From an uncultured Candidatus Peribacteria bacterium (GTDB lineage Bacteria > Patescibacteriota > Gracilibacteria > Peribacterales > Peribacteraceae), in NCBI GenBank assembly GCA_964623835.1, contig CAZUVN010000002.1, forward strand, positions 1 through 45,090: a DNA stretch of 45,090 nucleotides, given 5' to 3'. Numbering within the stretch: the stretch's first letter is position 1; each line of letters begins with the position of its first letter. This document shows positions 19,004 through 28,138 of this stretch, one piece after another. A program made the translations under genes and the position numbers. The notes below the pieces were generated by a model. That model had not been told where the DNA came from. It ran no database searches and was given only the letters and a program-made list of their open reading frames with translations.

Positions 19004-19012
19004 ATTATAGCA
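19004..19012 (-). promoter_or_regulatory. Extended -10 (TGCTATAAT) 8 nt upstream of the PrsW-family gene ATG; probable leaderless transcript
   Basis: Minus strand: TGCTATAAT, aatcagat, ATG (18995). Confidence 0.55.
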
Positions 19013-19094
19013 TTTTTCTCGTATTTTTTCAATTTCAGGATCGCTATAAAATGGCTTAAACAGGCCATATAGGCACAATTTTACGCACTCAACA

Positions 19095-19124
19095 TTGCTG
19101 TTTGGCGCAAACGGAAGGTACACT
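19095..19124 (+). promoter_or_regulatory. Promoter of the GT39/PMT-like gene (leaderless geometry)
   Basis: TTGCTG (19095-19100), 18 nt, TACACT (19119-19124), ccgcatc (7 nt), ATG 19132. Confidence 0.5.
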
Positions 19125-19131
19125 CCGCATC

Positions 19132-20637
19132 ATGCGTTTTCCGTCTCTCACGACAGCCGATTCACAGCCGATGCGACTATCGATTCTCTTCCTGCTCGCA
19201 CTCTCCTACTTCACCTACGTCCATGGATTCTGGAATCCGCCGGCTCTCTTTTGGGACGAGAATTATCACATCGCCTCTGCGCAGAAATATCTGAATGGCG
19301 TCTATTTTATGGAACCGCACCCGCCGCTCGGAAAACTGGTGATTGCAGCCGGTGAGTGGCTGATTAATGCGAATCCGCAAGACAATCAATTTATAGGAAC
19401 CGACTACGCGACCAATCCTCCGGAAGGATTTTCGTTTACCGGCTACAGACTGTTCCCGACACTGCTCGCATGGCTGACGACGCCGATTATTTTCGGCATC
19501 TTCTTCCTGATAACGCGTAAGCATCTTTGGTCGGTGCTGCTCAGTTTCCTCTATGTATTTGATAACGCTCTCATTGTTCATAGTCGATCGGCGATGCTGG
19601 AGTCGACATTGATGTTCTTCAGCGCTTTGGCGGTTTTTGCGTTCCTGCTGTTAATTGAATGGAAAGAGGATAAGAAGAAGTTCGGACGCGCGGCGTTACT
19701 GTTTGGCGCGTCATTCGGCGCGGCACTGGCTACGAAAGTGTTCGCACTGCTGTTCATACTGCTTGTGCCCGCGTTGCTGGTCTTCTTGTGGCCCAATATC
19801 AAACGCTGGTGGACCTTTGTCTGGATGGCAGCGCTCGCGTTTATGATCGTGTATGTAGGCGTATGGCACATACACTTCGCCAGCGGAAGCACGGTCAATC
19901 CGTCGCTGCCCGATGCCGGGTACTACCAAGCATCGCCCGAGTACAAAGCGATTCTCACCAACCGCCAGAACAAATCGGTTTTCGCGATTCCCTACATGCT
20001 CCGCGACTCACTCAACTTCGTCTCCCATTACCAGGCAGGCGTACCGCGGCTCGACTTATGTAAGGCGGATGAAAACGGCAGCCCGTGGTTCCTGTGGCCA
20101 TTCGGCGGTCGCACCATCAGCTACCGTTGGGAAACGCCGGATAGCAACGCCTATCGATATCTGTATCTTGTACCGAACCCCACAATCTGGTTCCTCGGCA
20201 TTGCGGGCGTCGGCATGAGCGCGGTCTTGCTGATCGCATCGGTGCTGTATCCCGGCGCCGTTCACCTACGCAGAAAGTTGCATATTGCGTTATTCCTCGG
20301 TCTGTACGTCAGCTACATGGCGGCCGTTTCGACCATCGACCGTGTGATGTACTTGTATCATTATTTCCTGCCGCTCTTCTTCACCTTCATCTTGGTTGGC
20401 CTTGTGTTCGATGAACTGCAGCAATTCTCCGTGTGGAAGCTAACCGAGAAGCGCAAGACCTATGCGCTGCTCACAGTAGCCGTGCTGATTTTCCTCAACT
20501 TCGAATATTTCCGTCCGTTCTCGTATTACGGCCCGTTGACCAGTGAGCAGTTTGAGAAGCGCAACTGGATGCAGATTTGGGATATGCATTGCGTCAACTG
20601 TGAAAGAAGTAGCCCGTTCGTGGTTGAGACACGATAA
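19132..20637 (+). CDS. GT-C fold polyprenyl-phosphate-sugar-dependent glycosyltransferase (PMT / GT39-like)
   Basis: Start taken at MRFPSL (ATG 19132) on promoter geometry. Motif FWDENYHIASAQKYLNGVYFMEPHPPLGKL (the DE loop typical of PMT-type enzymes). Many TM segments. Confidence 0.85.
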   Translation: MRFPSLTTADSQPMRLSILFLLALSYFTYVHGFWNPPALFWDENYHIASAQKYLNGVYFMEPHPPLGKLVIAAGEWLINANPQDNQFIGTDYATNPPEGFSFTGYRLFPTLLAWLTTPIIFGIFFLITRKHLWSVLLSFLYVFDNALIVHSRSAMLESTLMFFSALAVFAFLLLIEWKEDKKKFGRAALLFGASFGAALATKVFALLFILLVPALLVFLWPNIKRWWTFVWMAALAFMIVYVGVWHIHFASGSTVNPSLPDAGYYQASPEYKAILTNRQNKSVFAIPYMLRDSLNFVSHYQAGVPRLDLCKADENGSPWFLWPFGGRTISYRWETPDSNAYRYLYLVPNPTIWFLGIAGVGMSAVLLIASVLYPGAVHLRRKLHIALFLGLYVSYMAAVSTIDRVMYLYHYFLPLFFTFILVGLVFDELQQFSVWKLTEKRKTYALLTVAVLIFLNFEYFRPFSYYGPLTSEQFEKRNWMQIWDMHCVNCERSSPFVVETR

Positions 20638-20657
20638 TAGCTTTCAGGAATCAGGAG

Positions 20658-21038
20658 TCAGCTTTTGTAAACTGCTTGATTGCGTTTCATGTTTCCAATC
20701 ATCGAATTCAGCATTTTTCCAATTTCCTGAAGAAGATTTTCAACCTTGGTAAAGTCGCAATTTTTTGTATGCGGCAACTCTTTTGCTAGGCACATCTGTG
20801 CCTGAATCTCCATATGAGAAGCATATGCAATGTATAGGAATCTAATAAAATCTTTTTTACTGCCTCTATGTCTACCTTCTGCAATATTCGACAGAACTGA
20901 AATAGATGCTCGTCTCATTTGATCGATCAATCCAAACCGCTCTGTTGAAGGAAAATTTTCAGTCAGTTCATATATAGCAACTGACATTTGTAGAGCGCGT
21001 TGCCAGACAATAAGATCTCGAAAAGATTGTATAGCCAT
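20658..21038 (-). CDS. Four-helix-bundle protein (23S rRNA intervening-sequence protein family)
   Basis: MAIQSFRDLIVWQRALQMSVAIYELTENFPSTERFGLIDQMRRASISVLSNIAEGRHRGSKKDFIRFLYIAYAS is the family signature. Start taken at ATG 21038. Two sampled 60-nt lines give about 42% GC, lower than the neighbouring genes. Confidence 0.85.
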   Translation of the reverse strand: MAIQSFRDLIVWQRALQMSVAIYELTENFPSTERFGLIDQMRRASISVLSNIAEGRHRGSKKDFIRFLYIAYASHMEIQAQMCLAKELPHTKNCDFTKVENLLQEIGKMLNSMIGNMKRNQAVYKS

Positions 21039-21143
21039 AACCTCCACTCTAGAGATATCTATCGATAAATTCCGCTTTAGTGATTTAAAGCGGTGAAGCG
21101 TTTTCGACTTGACTCCTGAAAGCTAAAAGCTAACTCCTAGTTC

Positions 21144-21830
21144 CTACATCTTCGCCGTCCTCAACCCCCACAACTCTTTGAACATCCGGATAATCACCTT
21201 CACCGATCCGCCCGTCGGCGTTCCCTTTGTCCGCGGGTAGTGCGGTACATCGACGGTATACCAAGGAATCCCCTTCCGTTTCAGACGCAAAAACATTTCG
21301 GTATTGAAGAGCTTTTCCACGCCGTGTGTCGGGCGGATCTCTTTCCAGACATCGCGGCGGAATAATTTAAGACCGCAATTCACGTCGCGAACCCAGAGCC
21401 CAAGCACGATGTAGTTCATGCCACCAAGAATCTTTCCGAACATGTTGCGAATGAGCGGATCAGCTCTGTGTGCTCGTCGCCCTGTTACAAACGCAAAGCG
21501 ATCGATATGCGGCAACAGCAATGACAGATCCGACGCGTGGAATTGTCCGTCGCTGTCCATGAACGCAATCAGGTCCGTGGTCGCAGCATCGCATCCCGAA
21601 CGAACCGCTACACCATATCCTCCATTCTTCTGATGGGTAACGATTTTTAAATTATCATGTTTTTTGGCAAGGTCTTTCAAGATCTGCGGCGATCTATCTT
21701 TCGATCCGTCGTCAACGACAATAATCGTGCCGTCGATCGACGCATTGCTCATCCACGACGCTACGTCGCGAATGGCAGCTTCGATATTTTCTTCTTCGTT
21801 ATAACAGGGAAGGATGACGGAGAGTTTCAT
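21144..21830 (-). CDS. Family 2 glycosyltransferase, Dpm1-like polyprenyl-phosphate sugar synthase
   Basis: MKLSVILPCYNEEENI and IIVVDDGSKDRS, a DSDGQ DxD region, and 228 aa without a TM tail. Confidence 0.88.
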   Translation of the reverse strand: MKLSVILPCYNEEENIEAAIRDVASWMSNASIDGTIIVVDDGSKDRSPQILKDLAKKHDNLKIVTHQKNGGYGVAVRSGCDAATTDLIAFMDSDGQFHASDLSLLLPHIDRFAFVTGRRAHRADPLIRNMFGKILGGMNYIVLGLWVRDVNCGLKLFRRDVWKEIRPTHGVEKLFNTEMFLRLKRKGIPWYTVDVPHYPRTKGTPTGGSVKVIIRMFKELWGLRTAKM

Positions 21831-21886
21831 TGGAGTGAATCGTACAGGTAGACGGAATTATCGGCTACACAAGAAGTACGTGTAAT

Positions 21887-23158
21887 TCAGGAGGGCGCAA
21901 AAGCGGCGATCATCAATAAAAATGCCGCACTCGAAAAAACGAGCGTCAGACAAAGAAAGCCATGAATAAATCGTAAGACATGTCTTTCTGTTCCGATTCC
22001 CATAACCATATAGACGGTCCATGGGAGCGCAAGCGCAATGGAGAAGCGGAAATCCTGACATGCACTAAAAGGCATGGCGATGCGATAGGCAAAAGCGCCG
22101 AGCAATAACACAACGGCCGTTATCGCTACTGGCGCTGTTTGAGAAGATGAAAGAAAGCGAAGATCGTAAGCTAAGCGATAGAGAGCAAGAATAGAAAGGA
22201 GCAATGCACTGATGAGAATCGTAACTGCAATGGGAATAAATCTGGGTGGAAACTCGAATTCACCGAAGAACGCAGAACGGAAAAAATATTCCCAGTGATA
22301 CAGTCGTCGTGCCCCGTCTCCGTCTATGTGATTGAAGGGGTGTTTAAGAATCTGAACCGGATTGAAGGTCAACAGATATTCCGGCGCACTGGAAATTTCA
22401 CCGGTTTGTATGTCCGCATTTCCCACGAGCACCGTCCTCATTTTATCCTCCTCGAAAAAACGCGGAATCTGGAACCATCCGGATAATGCAAAGGGAATAA
22501 CAAAGAGAAGCAAAACGAACGTGATTTTTTTACGGATTGATACATTTTTTGCCACACAAAGTGTCAGAAATGCAATCGGCATCCAAAGGATCATGTTGCT
22601 TTTAGAGATGAGACCCAAACCGATGACAACACAAACAAGAATCCAGTGCTTCATGATGCGATCCCTCCACCAAATTAAAAGTGATGCGAATGCGAGAAAC
22701 GCAAAAAAATGATACAGCGTGTCATTGTTGATGCGTGCACTGAAGAATACAACGCTTGGGAAAGCGCCGAGAATTGCGATAAAAAGCAACCGTTCCATCC
22801 GCTGCATTTTTGGAAACAATAGGTTGGCAGACAGGAATCCGATACCGAGTGTGATGATTGAGAGTAATAGTCCAAAATACTGCAGGATTATCTCTTTATT
22901 CAAGACCGGATTCACATATTGAACCGCACGTACTATTGCGGAACCAACAAAATAATAGAGAGGAGGTTGATAGAACTCGAAGCCGTCATGAGGGGGAGGA
23001 ATGGACCAATCTCGCAACACGTAATCGATATATTCAACGTGTCCCCATGCATCATGACCACGCAAATCAAACGGTGTGACAGAGAGATACGCGACGCGGA
23101 GAGCGATCGCGATACAAAATACGACGATGACCAGCATGAAGTCAGAGTTCTTCCGCAT
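21887..23158 (-). CDS. GT-C fold membrane glycosyltransferase (ArnT/PMT_2-like)
   Basis: Motif HDAWGHVEYIDYV...FYQPPLYYFV followed by about 10 TM segments. Start taken at M26 (ATG 23158) because TGCTACCAT lies 6 nt upstream. Other in-frame ATGs exist at 23188 and 23233. Confidence 0.78.
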   Translation of the reverse strand: MRKNSDFMLVIVVFCIAIALRVAYLSVTPFDLRGHDAWGHVEYIDYVLRDWSIPPPHDGFEFYQPPLYYFVGSAIVRAVQYVNPVLNKEIILQYFGLLLSIITLGIGFLSANLLFPKMQRMERLLFIAILGAFPSVVFFSARINNDTLYHFFAFLAFASLLIWWRDRIMKHWILVCVVIGLGLISKSNMILWMPIAFLTLCVAKNVSIRKKITFVLLLFVIPFALSGWFQIPRFFEEDKMRTVLVGNADIQTGEISSAPEYLLTFNPVQILKHPFNHIDGDGARRLYHWEYFFRSAFFGEFEFPPRFIPIAVTILISALLLSILALYRLAYDLRFLSSSQTAPVAITAVVLLLGAFAYRIAMPFSACQDFRFSIALALPWTVYMVMGIGTERHVLRFIHGFLCLTLVFSSAAFLLMIAAFAPS

Positions 23159-23164
23159 AAGCAA

Positions 23165-23179
23165 ATGGTAGCATACACT
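23165..23179. promoter_or_regulatory. Back-to-back divergent -10 boxes serving two GT-C genes
   Basis: Minus strand: TGCTACCAT (23165-23173), then 6 nt to ATG 23158. Plus strand: TACACT (23174-23179), then 7 nt to ATG 23187. Confidence 0.45.
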
Positions 23180-23186
23180 GTGCCGC

Positions 23187-24767
23187 ATGACGTCACGCTC
23201 TTCACGATCGATCATCAGCAAACTCATCGACACCGTGAAGATGAATTACGACGTCGTGTTCTTATTGATACTCGGCATCATCGTTCGCGTGTGGGCATTC
23301 GGTGATATCCCGCCGGGACTGAATCAGGATGAGGCGGCGACCGGATACGATGCATGGTCGGTGCTCCGATATGGCGTTGACCGCAACGGCTTTCCGTTTC
23401 CAGTGATGTTCGTCTCGTGGGGATCGGGCATGTACGCATTGAACGGATATCTTGCATGGCCGTTCATGCTCCTATTTGGCTTAAGCGAAGCATCCATTCG
23501 CATGCCGCATCTCACGCTCGGCATTGTCTCACTGATTCTCTTCTTCCACCTCGTTCAACGAGTCGTCGATCGGCCGACAGCAGTGACTGCTCTTCTGCTG
23601 ATCGCCATTAACCCGTGGCACATCATGATTTCGCGCTGGGGACTCGATTCCAACATTTTCCCGGGCATGTTTCTGATCGCGGTCTTTCTTCTGATCCTCT
23701 CTTTAAAGAATAGCCGCTATCTTCCGTGGTCGGCCTTCGTGCTCGGACTCTGTCTCTATCTATACGGAACTGCCTACGTCGTCATCCCGATCTTTACTGT
23801 TCTCGCTGCAATTGCACTGACGTTCTTCTGGAAAACCCAATGGTCGACTCTTGGCATCTCCGCTGTTGTCGCTGTTGTGACAGGGATCCCAATTGCGCTC
23901 TACATCGCAATCAACCAGTTCCAGTGGAACTCTATTATTCTACCGTTCATAAGCATTCCACGACTCACCGGAACCCCGCGTTTTCAGACAGTCTCGAGTG
24001 TTTTCAGCGGAGACTGGGGCAGCATTATCAACAACCTTCGGGAATTCTGGAAACTACTTTTTTATCAGCATGACGGATTAATCTGGAATGGAATTGAAGG
24101 ATACGGACAGATATATATGATCGGACTGCCTTTTGTGATCATCGGTATCGTTGCTGCGTGTATACGAGTGTGGAAAGCACGCGGAAAAGATCCGGCAATC
24201 TTCCTGCTTTTTTGGCTGATCTCCGCTACCGCACTTGCCGCGTTGCAATCGGTCAACGTCAACCGCATTAACGTGATCTACATCGCATTGATCTTTTTCT
24301 GCGCACTCGGCGTACAGACAGTTGCATGGGGAAATCGATTTGTCCGCGACGGTATTCTCAGCGTTTTTCTGGTTCTCTTTTCCTTCTTTACGTATTCGTA
24401 CTTCACACAATACCGCGCCGAGGCGTCCGATGATTTCTTCACCGGTCTCGGCACGGCAATCACCGATGCATTGGACGCAACCGACGGCAAAGTCTGCGTA
24501 ACCGATCGCGTGAATATGCCATACATTTTCGCGCTCTTTTACGAGCAAACTGATCCCCGATTATTTGCGGAAACCGTTCAGTACGATAATCCCGGAGCGG
24601 AATTTCAGTGGGCAAATCGATTCGGACGATTCACGTTCGGATTGCATCGATGCAGAGATGAATCGTTTGATGCATTCGTCATTCATGTCGATGAACTCGA
24701 TGAATTTGACGATGGACGCTACGATATACATATCTTCGATCACTACGCATCAGCTATTCCTCTCTGA
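23187..24767 (+). CDS. GT-C fold membrane glycosyltransferase (GT39/ArnT-like)
   Basis: Motif DIPPGLNQDEAATGYDAWSVLRYGVDRNGFPFPVMF, followed by many TM segments and a soluble C-terminal domain. Confidence 0.85.
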   Translation: MTSRSSRSIISKLIDTVKMNYDVVFLLILGIIVRVWAFGDIPPGLNQDEAATGYDAWSVLRYGVDRNGFPFPVMFVSWGSGMYALNGYLAWPFMLLFGLSEASIRMPHLTLGIVSLILFFHLVQRVVDRPTAVTALLLIAINPWHIMISRWGLDSNIFPGMFLIAVFLLILSLKNSRYLPWSAFVLGLCLYLYGTAYVVIPIFTVLAAIALTFFWKTQWSTLGISAVVAVVTGIPIALYIAINQFQWNSIILPFISIPRLTGTPRFQTVSSVFSGDWGSIINNLREFWKLLFYQHDGLIWNGIEGYGQIYMIGLPFVIIGIVAACIRVWKARGKDPAIFLLFWLISATALAALQSVNVNRINVIYIALIFFCALGVQTVAWGNRFVRDGILSVFLVLFSFFTYSYFTQYRAEASDDFFTGLGTAITDALDATDGKVCVTDRVNMPYIFALFYEQTDPRLFAETVQYDNPGAEFQWANRFGRFTFGLHRCRDESFDAFVIHVDELDEFDDGRYDIHIFDHYASAIPL

Positions 24768-24775
24768 TTCCGTTT

Positions 24776-26638
24776 ATGCGCTTGTCCGACTTCATCACCA
24801 AGCCACGCTGGAACGCGGCATTCATTGCGGAGATATTTATCGGATTGTTCCTGATTAGTGCCGGTCTCGCGAGCATTCTCTCACTTGGCATGCGCGACAT
24901 GAGCGCAAGCTACCAGTATGACGGCATGGAACCTCATGAAACCTCCATCCCTTTTCTTGCTGAGGGCGAAGGATCGTACTTCAACATTACTGCAACGTTC
25001 AGAATGAATCCGCTGCACGCGAGTTGGTTCGTCATCGGACCTGATGATTGTATTGAAGAGCTCATCGTGAATGACCAGTCGGTAGACGGTGTAACCAGCC
25101 TCTGCAATTTTCATCCTGGACGCGTTGTCCGTCTTCCGCTGCAATCCGGAGAAAACACGATCTCGATGCGCATTCACGACACGGGCGGACAAGGGGGTCT
25201 GATGCTTCGCACCTCTTGGACCGATCCCCTGCTGCTCTCTCTGCTTGTATTCATCCTAGCGCTCATTAGCTGGATCGGTGCACGTCTGATGCTGCTGCGT
25301 CCGGCATCCGCAAACATTGCTCTGTTTCCCGCAGTTCTTGCGATAGCCTTCGTGATCCGCCTGGGACTTTCGTGGCACGGCGGTTTTGGCGGTGACATCA
25401 GCTTGAATCAGGATTGGTCCAAGAGCGCAGTCAAACTGGGACTCATTCAATCGTATAGCGAGCAGGTCGATGACGATGTGATGCTGCCGAACTATCCCCC
25501 ACTCTCCATCGGCATATTCGCGCTGACCGGCTACCTCTATCAATCGACGCTTTCACCGGACTTCGATGAACAAGCACCGATCTATCGTGTCATCATCAAG
25601 TTGCCCGCCATCCTCGCCGACCTTGTGACGGTCGTTGTGCTGTATCTGATACTGCTACCGATAGGCGGGCGGCGGCAATCATTTCTTGCTGCGTCACTGT
25701 ACGCAATTCATCCGGCTGTCATCCACGATTCCGCAGTGTGGGGACAGATCGACAGCGTCTTCACGCTGTTCCTGTGTCTGACCATCCTTTGTATGCAGCG
25801 TCATCGCTGGATATGCGCCGGCATATTGATGGCATCGGCACTGCTGATAAAAATGCAGTCGCTCCTGCTGGTGCCGGTTGTCGTGGTTGCCGCGGGGTTT
25901 GATATCAAGCGCTGGCTACGGTTGCTACTGGGCGGTTTAAGTGTCACGTTCATTACCGCGATCCCATTTGCGATCTACGGTGCGTTCGACAAATTGATGA
26001 ATGTCTATATGGGGTCCGTCGGCTTCTATAACACACTGAGCTACAACGCCTACAACTTCTGGGTCATGCTCTACACGCGCGAGACGGGGAAATCCGCAAC
26101 AGATCTATTTGTGGGTCCATTGTCTCATCGCATGTTCGGGCTCATTGCCTGGTTTATCGTCATTGTCAGCGTCACCGTGCTGTGGTTTCCGGCCATTCAA
26201 CAGGACATTAAATCTAAAGGAAAAACCGGCGTCACGATGTTATCTGCCGCACTGATCGCCTATGCATTCTTCCTCTTCAACGCGGAAATGCACGAGCGCT
26301 ATCTGTTCCCTTTCATAGCGCTAGGCTTACCGCTCCTCCTGCTCGATCGAAAATCAGTCATTCTCTACATCAGTGCATCCATCCTCTTCACGCTGAATTT
26401 AGTATCCCTTGTCGCATTCGGGGACATCGATCGGATACTCCTGCAGGAAATATTCAAAGAGGCCCACCCGGTCGCAATCGCAACGGCGAATATGATTGTC
26501 TTCGCGTGTGTGTGGGTTTTTGCCCATTCTTACCAGAAATCAACCGTAAAGAACGCACATAGCTGGAAGACTCTCTTTCCCCGATTCCGTGCCAGGACAA
26601 CAAGATGGAACCTTTTGCGTTGGCCGTTTCTCCGGTAG
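24776..26638 (+). CDS. GT-C fold membrane glycosyltransferase (DUF2029/GT87-like) with an extra N-terminal extracytoplasmic beta-rich domain
   Basis: Motif MLPNYPPLSIGIFALTGYLY in a polytopic core. The N-terminal ~150 aa (YFNITATFRMNP...ISMRIHDTGGQGGLMLR) looks like a jelly-roll/CBM-type module (inference). Confidence 0.8.
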   Translation: MRLSDFITKPRWNAAFIAEIFIGLFLISAGLASILSLGMRDMSASYQYDGMEPHETSIPFLAEGEGSYFNITATFRMNPLHASWFVIGPDDCIEELIVNDQSVDGVTSLCNFHPGRVVRLPLQSGENTISMRIHDTGGQGGLMLRTSWTDPLLLSLLVFILALISWIGARLMLLRPASANIALFPAVLAIAFVIRLGLSWHGGFGGDISLNQDWSKSAVKLGLIQSYSEQVDDDVMLPNYPPLSIGIFALTGYLYQSTLSPDFDEQAPIYRVIIKLPAILADLVTVVVLYLILLPIGGRRQSFLAASLYAIHPAVIHDSAVWGQIDSVFTLFLCLTILCMQRHRWICAGILMASALLIKMQSLLLVPVVVVAAGFDIKRWLRLLLGGLSVTFITAIPFAIYGAFDKLMNVYMGSVGFYNTLSYNAYNFWVMLYTRETGKSATDLFVGPLSHRMFGLIAWFIVIVSVTVLWFPAIQQDIKSKGKTGVTMLSAALIAYAFFLFNAEMHERYLFPFIALGLPLLLLDRKSVILYISASILFTLNLVSLVAFGDIDRILLQEIFKEAHPVAIATANMIVFACVWVFAHSYQKSTVKNAHSWKTLFPRFRARTTRWNLLRWPFLR

Positions 26639-26649
26639 GATCCGGGCCT

Positions 26650-28044
26650 ATGCCAGCCACATCTCTCGATCAAATCGTTTCATTATGTAAGCGCCGCGGA
26701 TTTATTTTCCCCGGCTCCGATATTTACGGTGGTTTGGCAAACACGTGGGATTACGGTCCGCTCGGGGTGGAATTGAAGAATAACGTAAAGCGACACTGGT
26801 GGAAGACATTTGTGCACAAGCGCAGTGACGTGGTCGGTCTTGATGCAGCAATTTTGATGAACCCACGCGCGTGGGAAGCATCGGGTCATGTCAGTAACTT
26901 CAACGACCCACTTATCGATTGTAAAAAATGTCAGCAGCGTTTCCGCGGCGACAAACTGCTGGAAGAAAAGCTCGGCGTCGAGGCGGCGGCAGTGATCACC
27001 CTCGACCAGCTTCAACCGATGCTAATGGCTGAAAAAATTTCATGCCCGAACTGCGGTGAGTGCGAGTGGACGCCCGCCAAGAAGTTCAACCTGATGTTCA
27101 AGACGCAACAGGGCGTGATTGAAGGCGAGGGAACCGACATCTATCTGCGCCCCGAAACCGCACAGGGTATCTTCGTCAACTTTAAGAACGTCGCACAGAC
27201 GACGCGCAGGCGACTGCCCTTTGGTGTTGCGCAAATAGGTAAAGCCTTCCGCAACGAAATCACGCCGGGCAACTTCACCTTCCGCACGCGCGAATTCGAG
27301 CAGATGGAAATCGAATATTTCGTAGAGCCGGGCACCGACGGTCCTGCGTTCGAGGAATGGAAAGATGCAGTCTGGAACTGGTACACCGGTCTCGGCATCG
27401 ACGCAGCCAAACTCCGTATTCGTGAGCATGCAAAAGACGAGCTCTCGCACTACAGCTCCCGCACGGTCGACATTGAGTACGATTTTCCGTGGGGATGGGG
27501 AGAATTGTTCGGCCTCGCGAATCGCGCAGACTTCGATCTCAGTCAGCACGAAAAATTCAGTGGCGAAGATCTCAAGTACACCGACCCCGATGAGCCGACG
27601 AAGAAATTTCTGCCGTACGTGGTGGAACCGAGTTTCGGTTGCGACCGCACGGTTCTGACACTCTTGATCAACGCATACGACGAAGAAGAACTGGAAGGTG
27701 GTGATGTCCGCACGGTGATGCGTTTCCACAAGAGTATTGCGCCGGTGAAAGTGGCAGTGCTCCCGCTCAGCAAGAAAGAAAATCTGATTTCCAAGGCACA
27801 GGAAGTCCGCAATCTGCTGATTGATAAGCTCGACGCAAACATCGACTTTGATGTGACGGGTTCGATTGGTAAGCGCTATCGCCGCCAGGATGAAACCGGT
27901 ACTCCGTCTTGCGTGACCGTCGACTTTGGCACCATCGGAGAAGATGCGGAACAAGGTGCGCCTGATACCGTAACTATTAGAGACCGCGATACATTGGAAC
28001 AAAAGCGTGTCTCTATCAGCGAGTTAGTCACGGAGTTAGGATAA
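26650..28044 (+). CDS. glyQS: Glycine--tRNA ligase (single-chain alpha2 type)
   Basis: Start taken at MPATSLDQIVSLCKRRGFIFPGSDIYGGLANTWDYGPLG. Motifs LRPETAQGIFVNF, FRNEITPGNFTFRTREFEQMEIEYF and VVEPSFGCDR. Confidence 0.95.
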   Translation: MPATSLDQIVSLCKRRGFIFPGSDIYGGLANTWDYGPLGVELKNNVKRHWWKTFVHKRSDVVGLDAAILMNPRAWEASGHVSNFNDPLIDCKKCQQRFRGDKLLEEKLGVEAAAVITLDQLQPMLMAEKISCPNCGECEWTPAKKFNLMFKTQQGVIEGEGTDIYLRPETAQGIFVNFKNVAQTTRRRLPFGVAQIGKAFRNEITPGNFTFRTREFEQMEIEYFVEPGTDGPAFEEWKDAVWNWYTGLGIDAAKLRIREHAKDELSHYSSRTVDIEYDFPWGWGELFGLANRADFDLSQHEKFSGEDLKYTDPDEPTKKFLPYVVEPSFGCDRTVLTLLINAYDEEELEGGDVRTVMRFHKSIAPVKVAVLPLSKKENLISKAQEVRNLLIDKLDANIDFDVTGSIGKRYRRQDETGTPSCVTVDFGTIGEDAEQGAPDTVTIRDRDTLEQKRVSISELVTELG

Positions 28045-28138
28045 GTTGACTATACACTGAAAAAGGTGTTTTATGTTTATATCCGCGTCAGCGGGTTGGT
28101 CCTTTCAATTCGGCAGTTCGGAAAAAAGGAAACTGATC

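Noticed and set aside
21131-21146. A third copy of CTCCTAGTTCCTAC, a 14-mer identical to the rpsB leader at 29121-29134, on the plus strand at the end of the GT2 gene.
   Set aside because: No plus-strand gene follows it, and it overlaps the minus-strand stop codon. By a rough N^2/4^14 estimate, a few chance 14-mer matches are expected within a 45-kb window. I therefore do not count it as a functional copy. It might be a relic linked to the adjacent cassette.
23187-23194. The palindrome TGACGTCA (CRE-like) as a regulator binding site.
   Set aside because: An 8-bp palindrome is expected by chance at about this frequency in 45 kb, and it overlaps a start codon. There is no second copy or associated regulator gene in the window.
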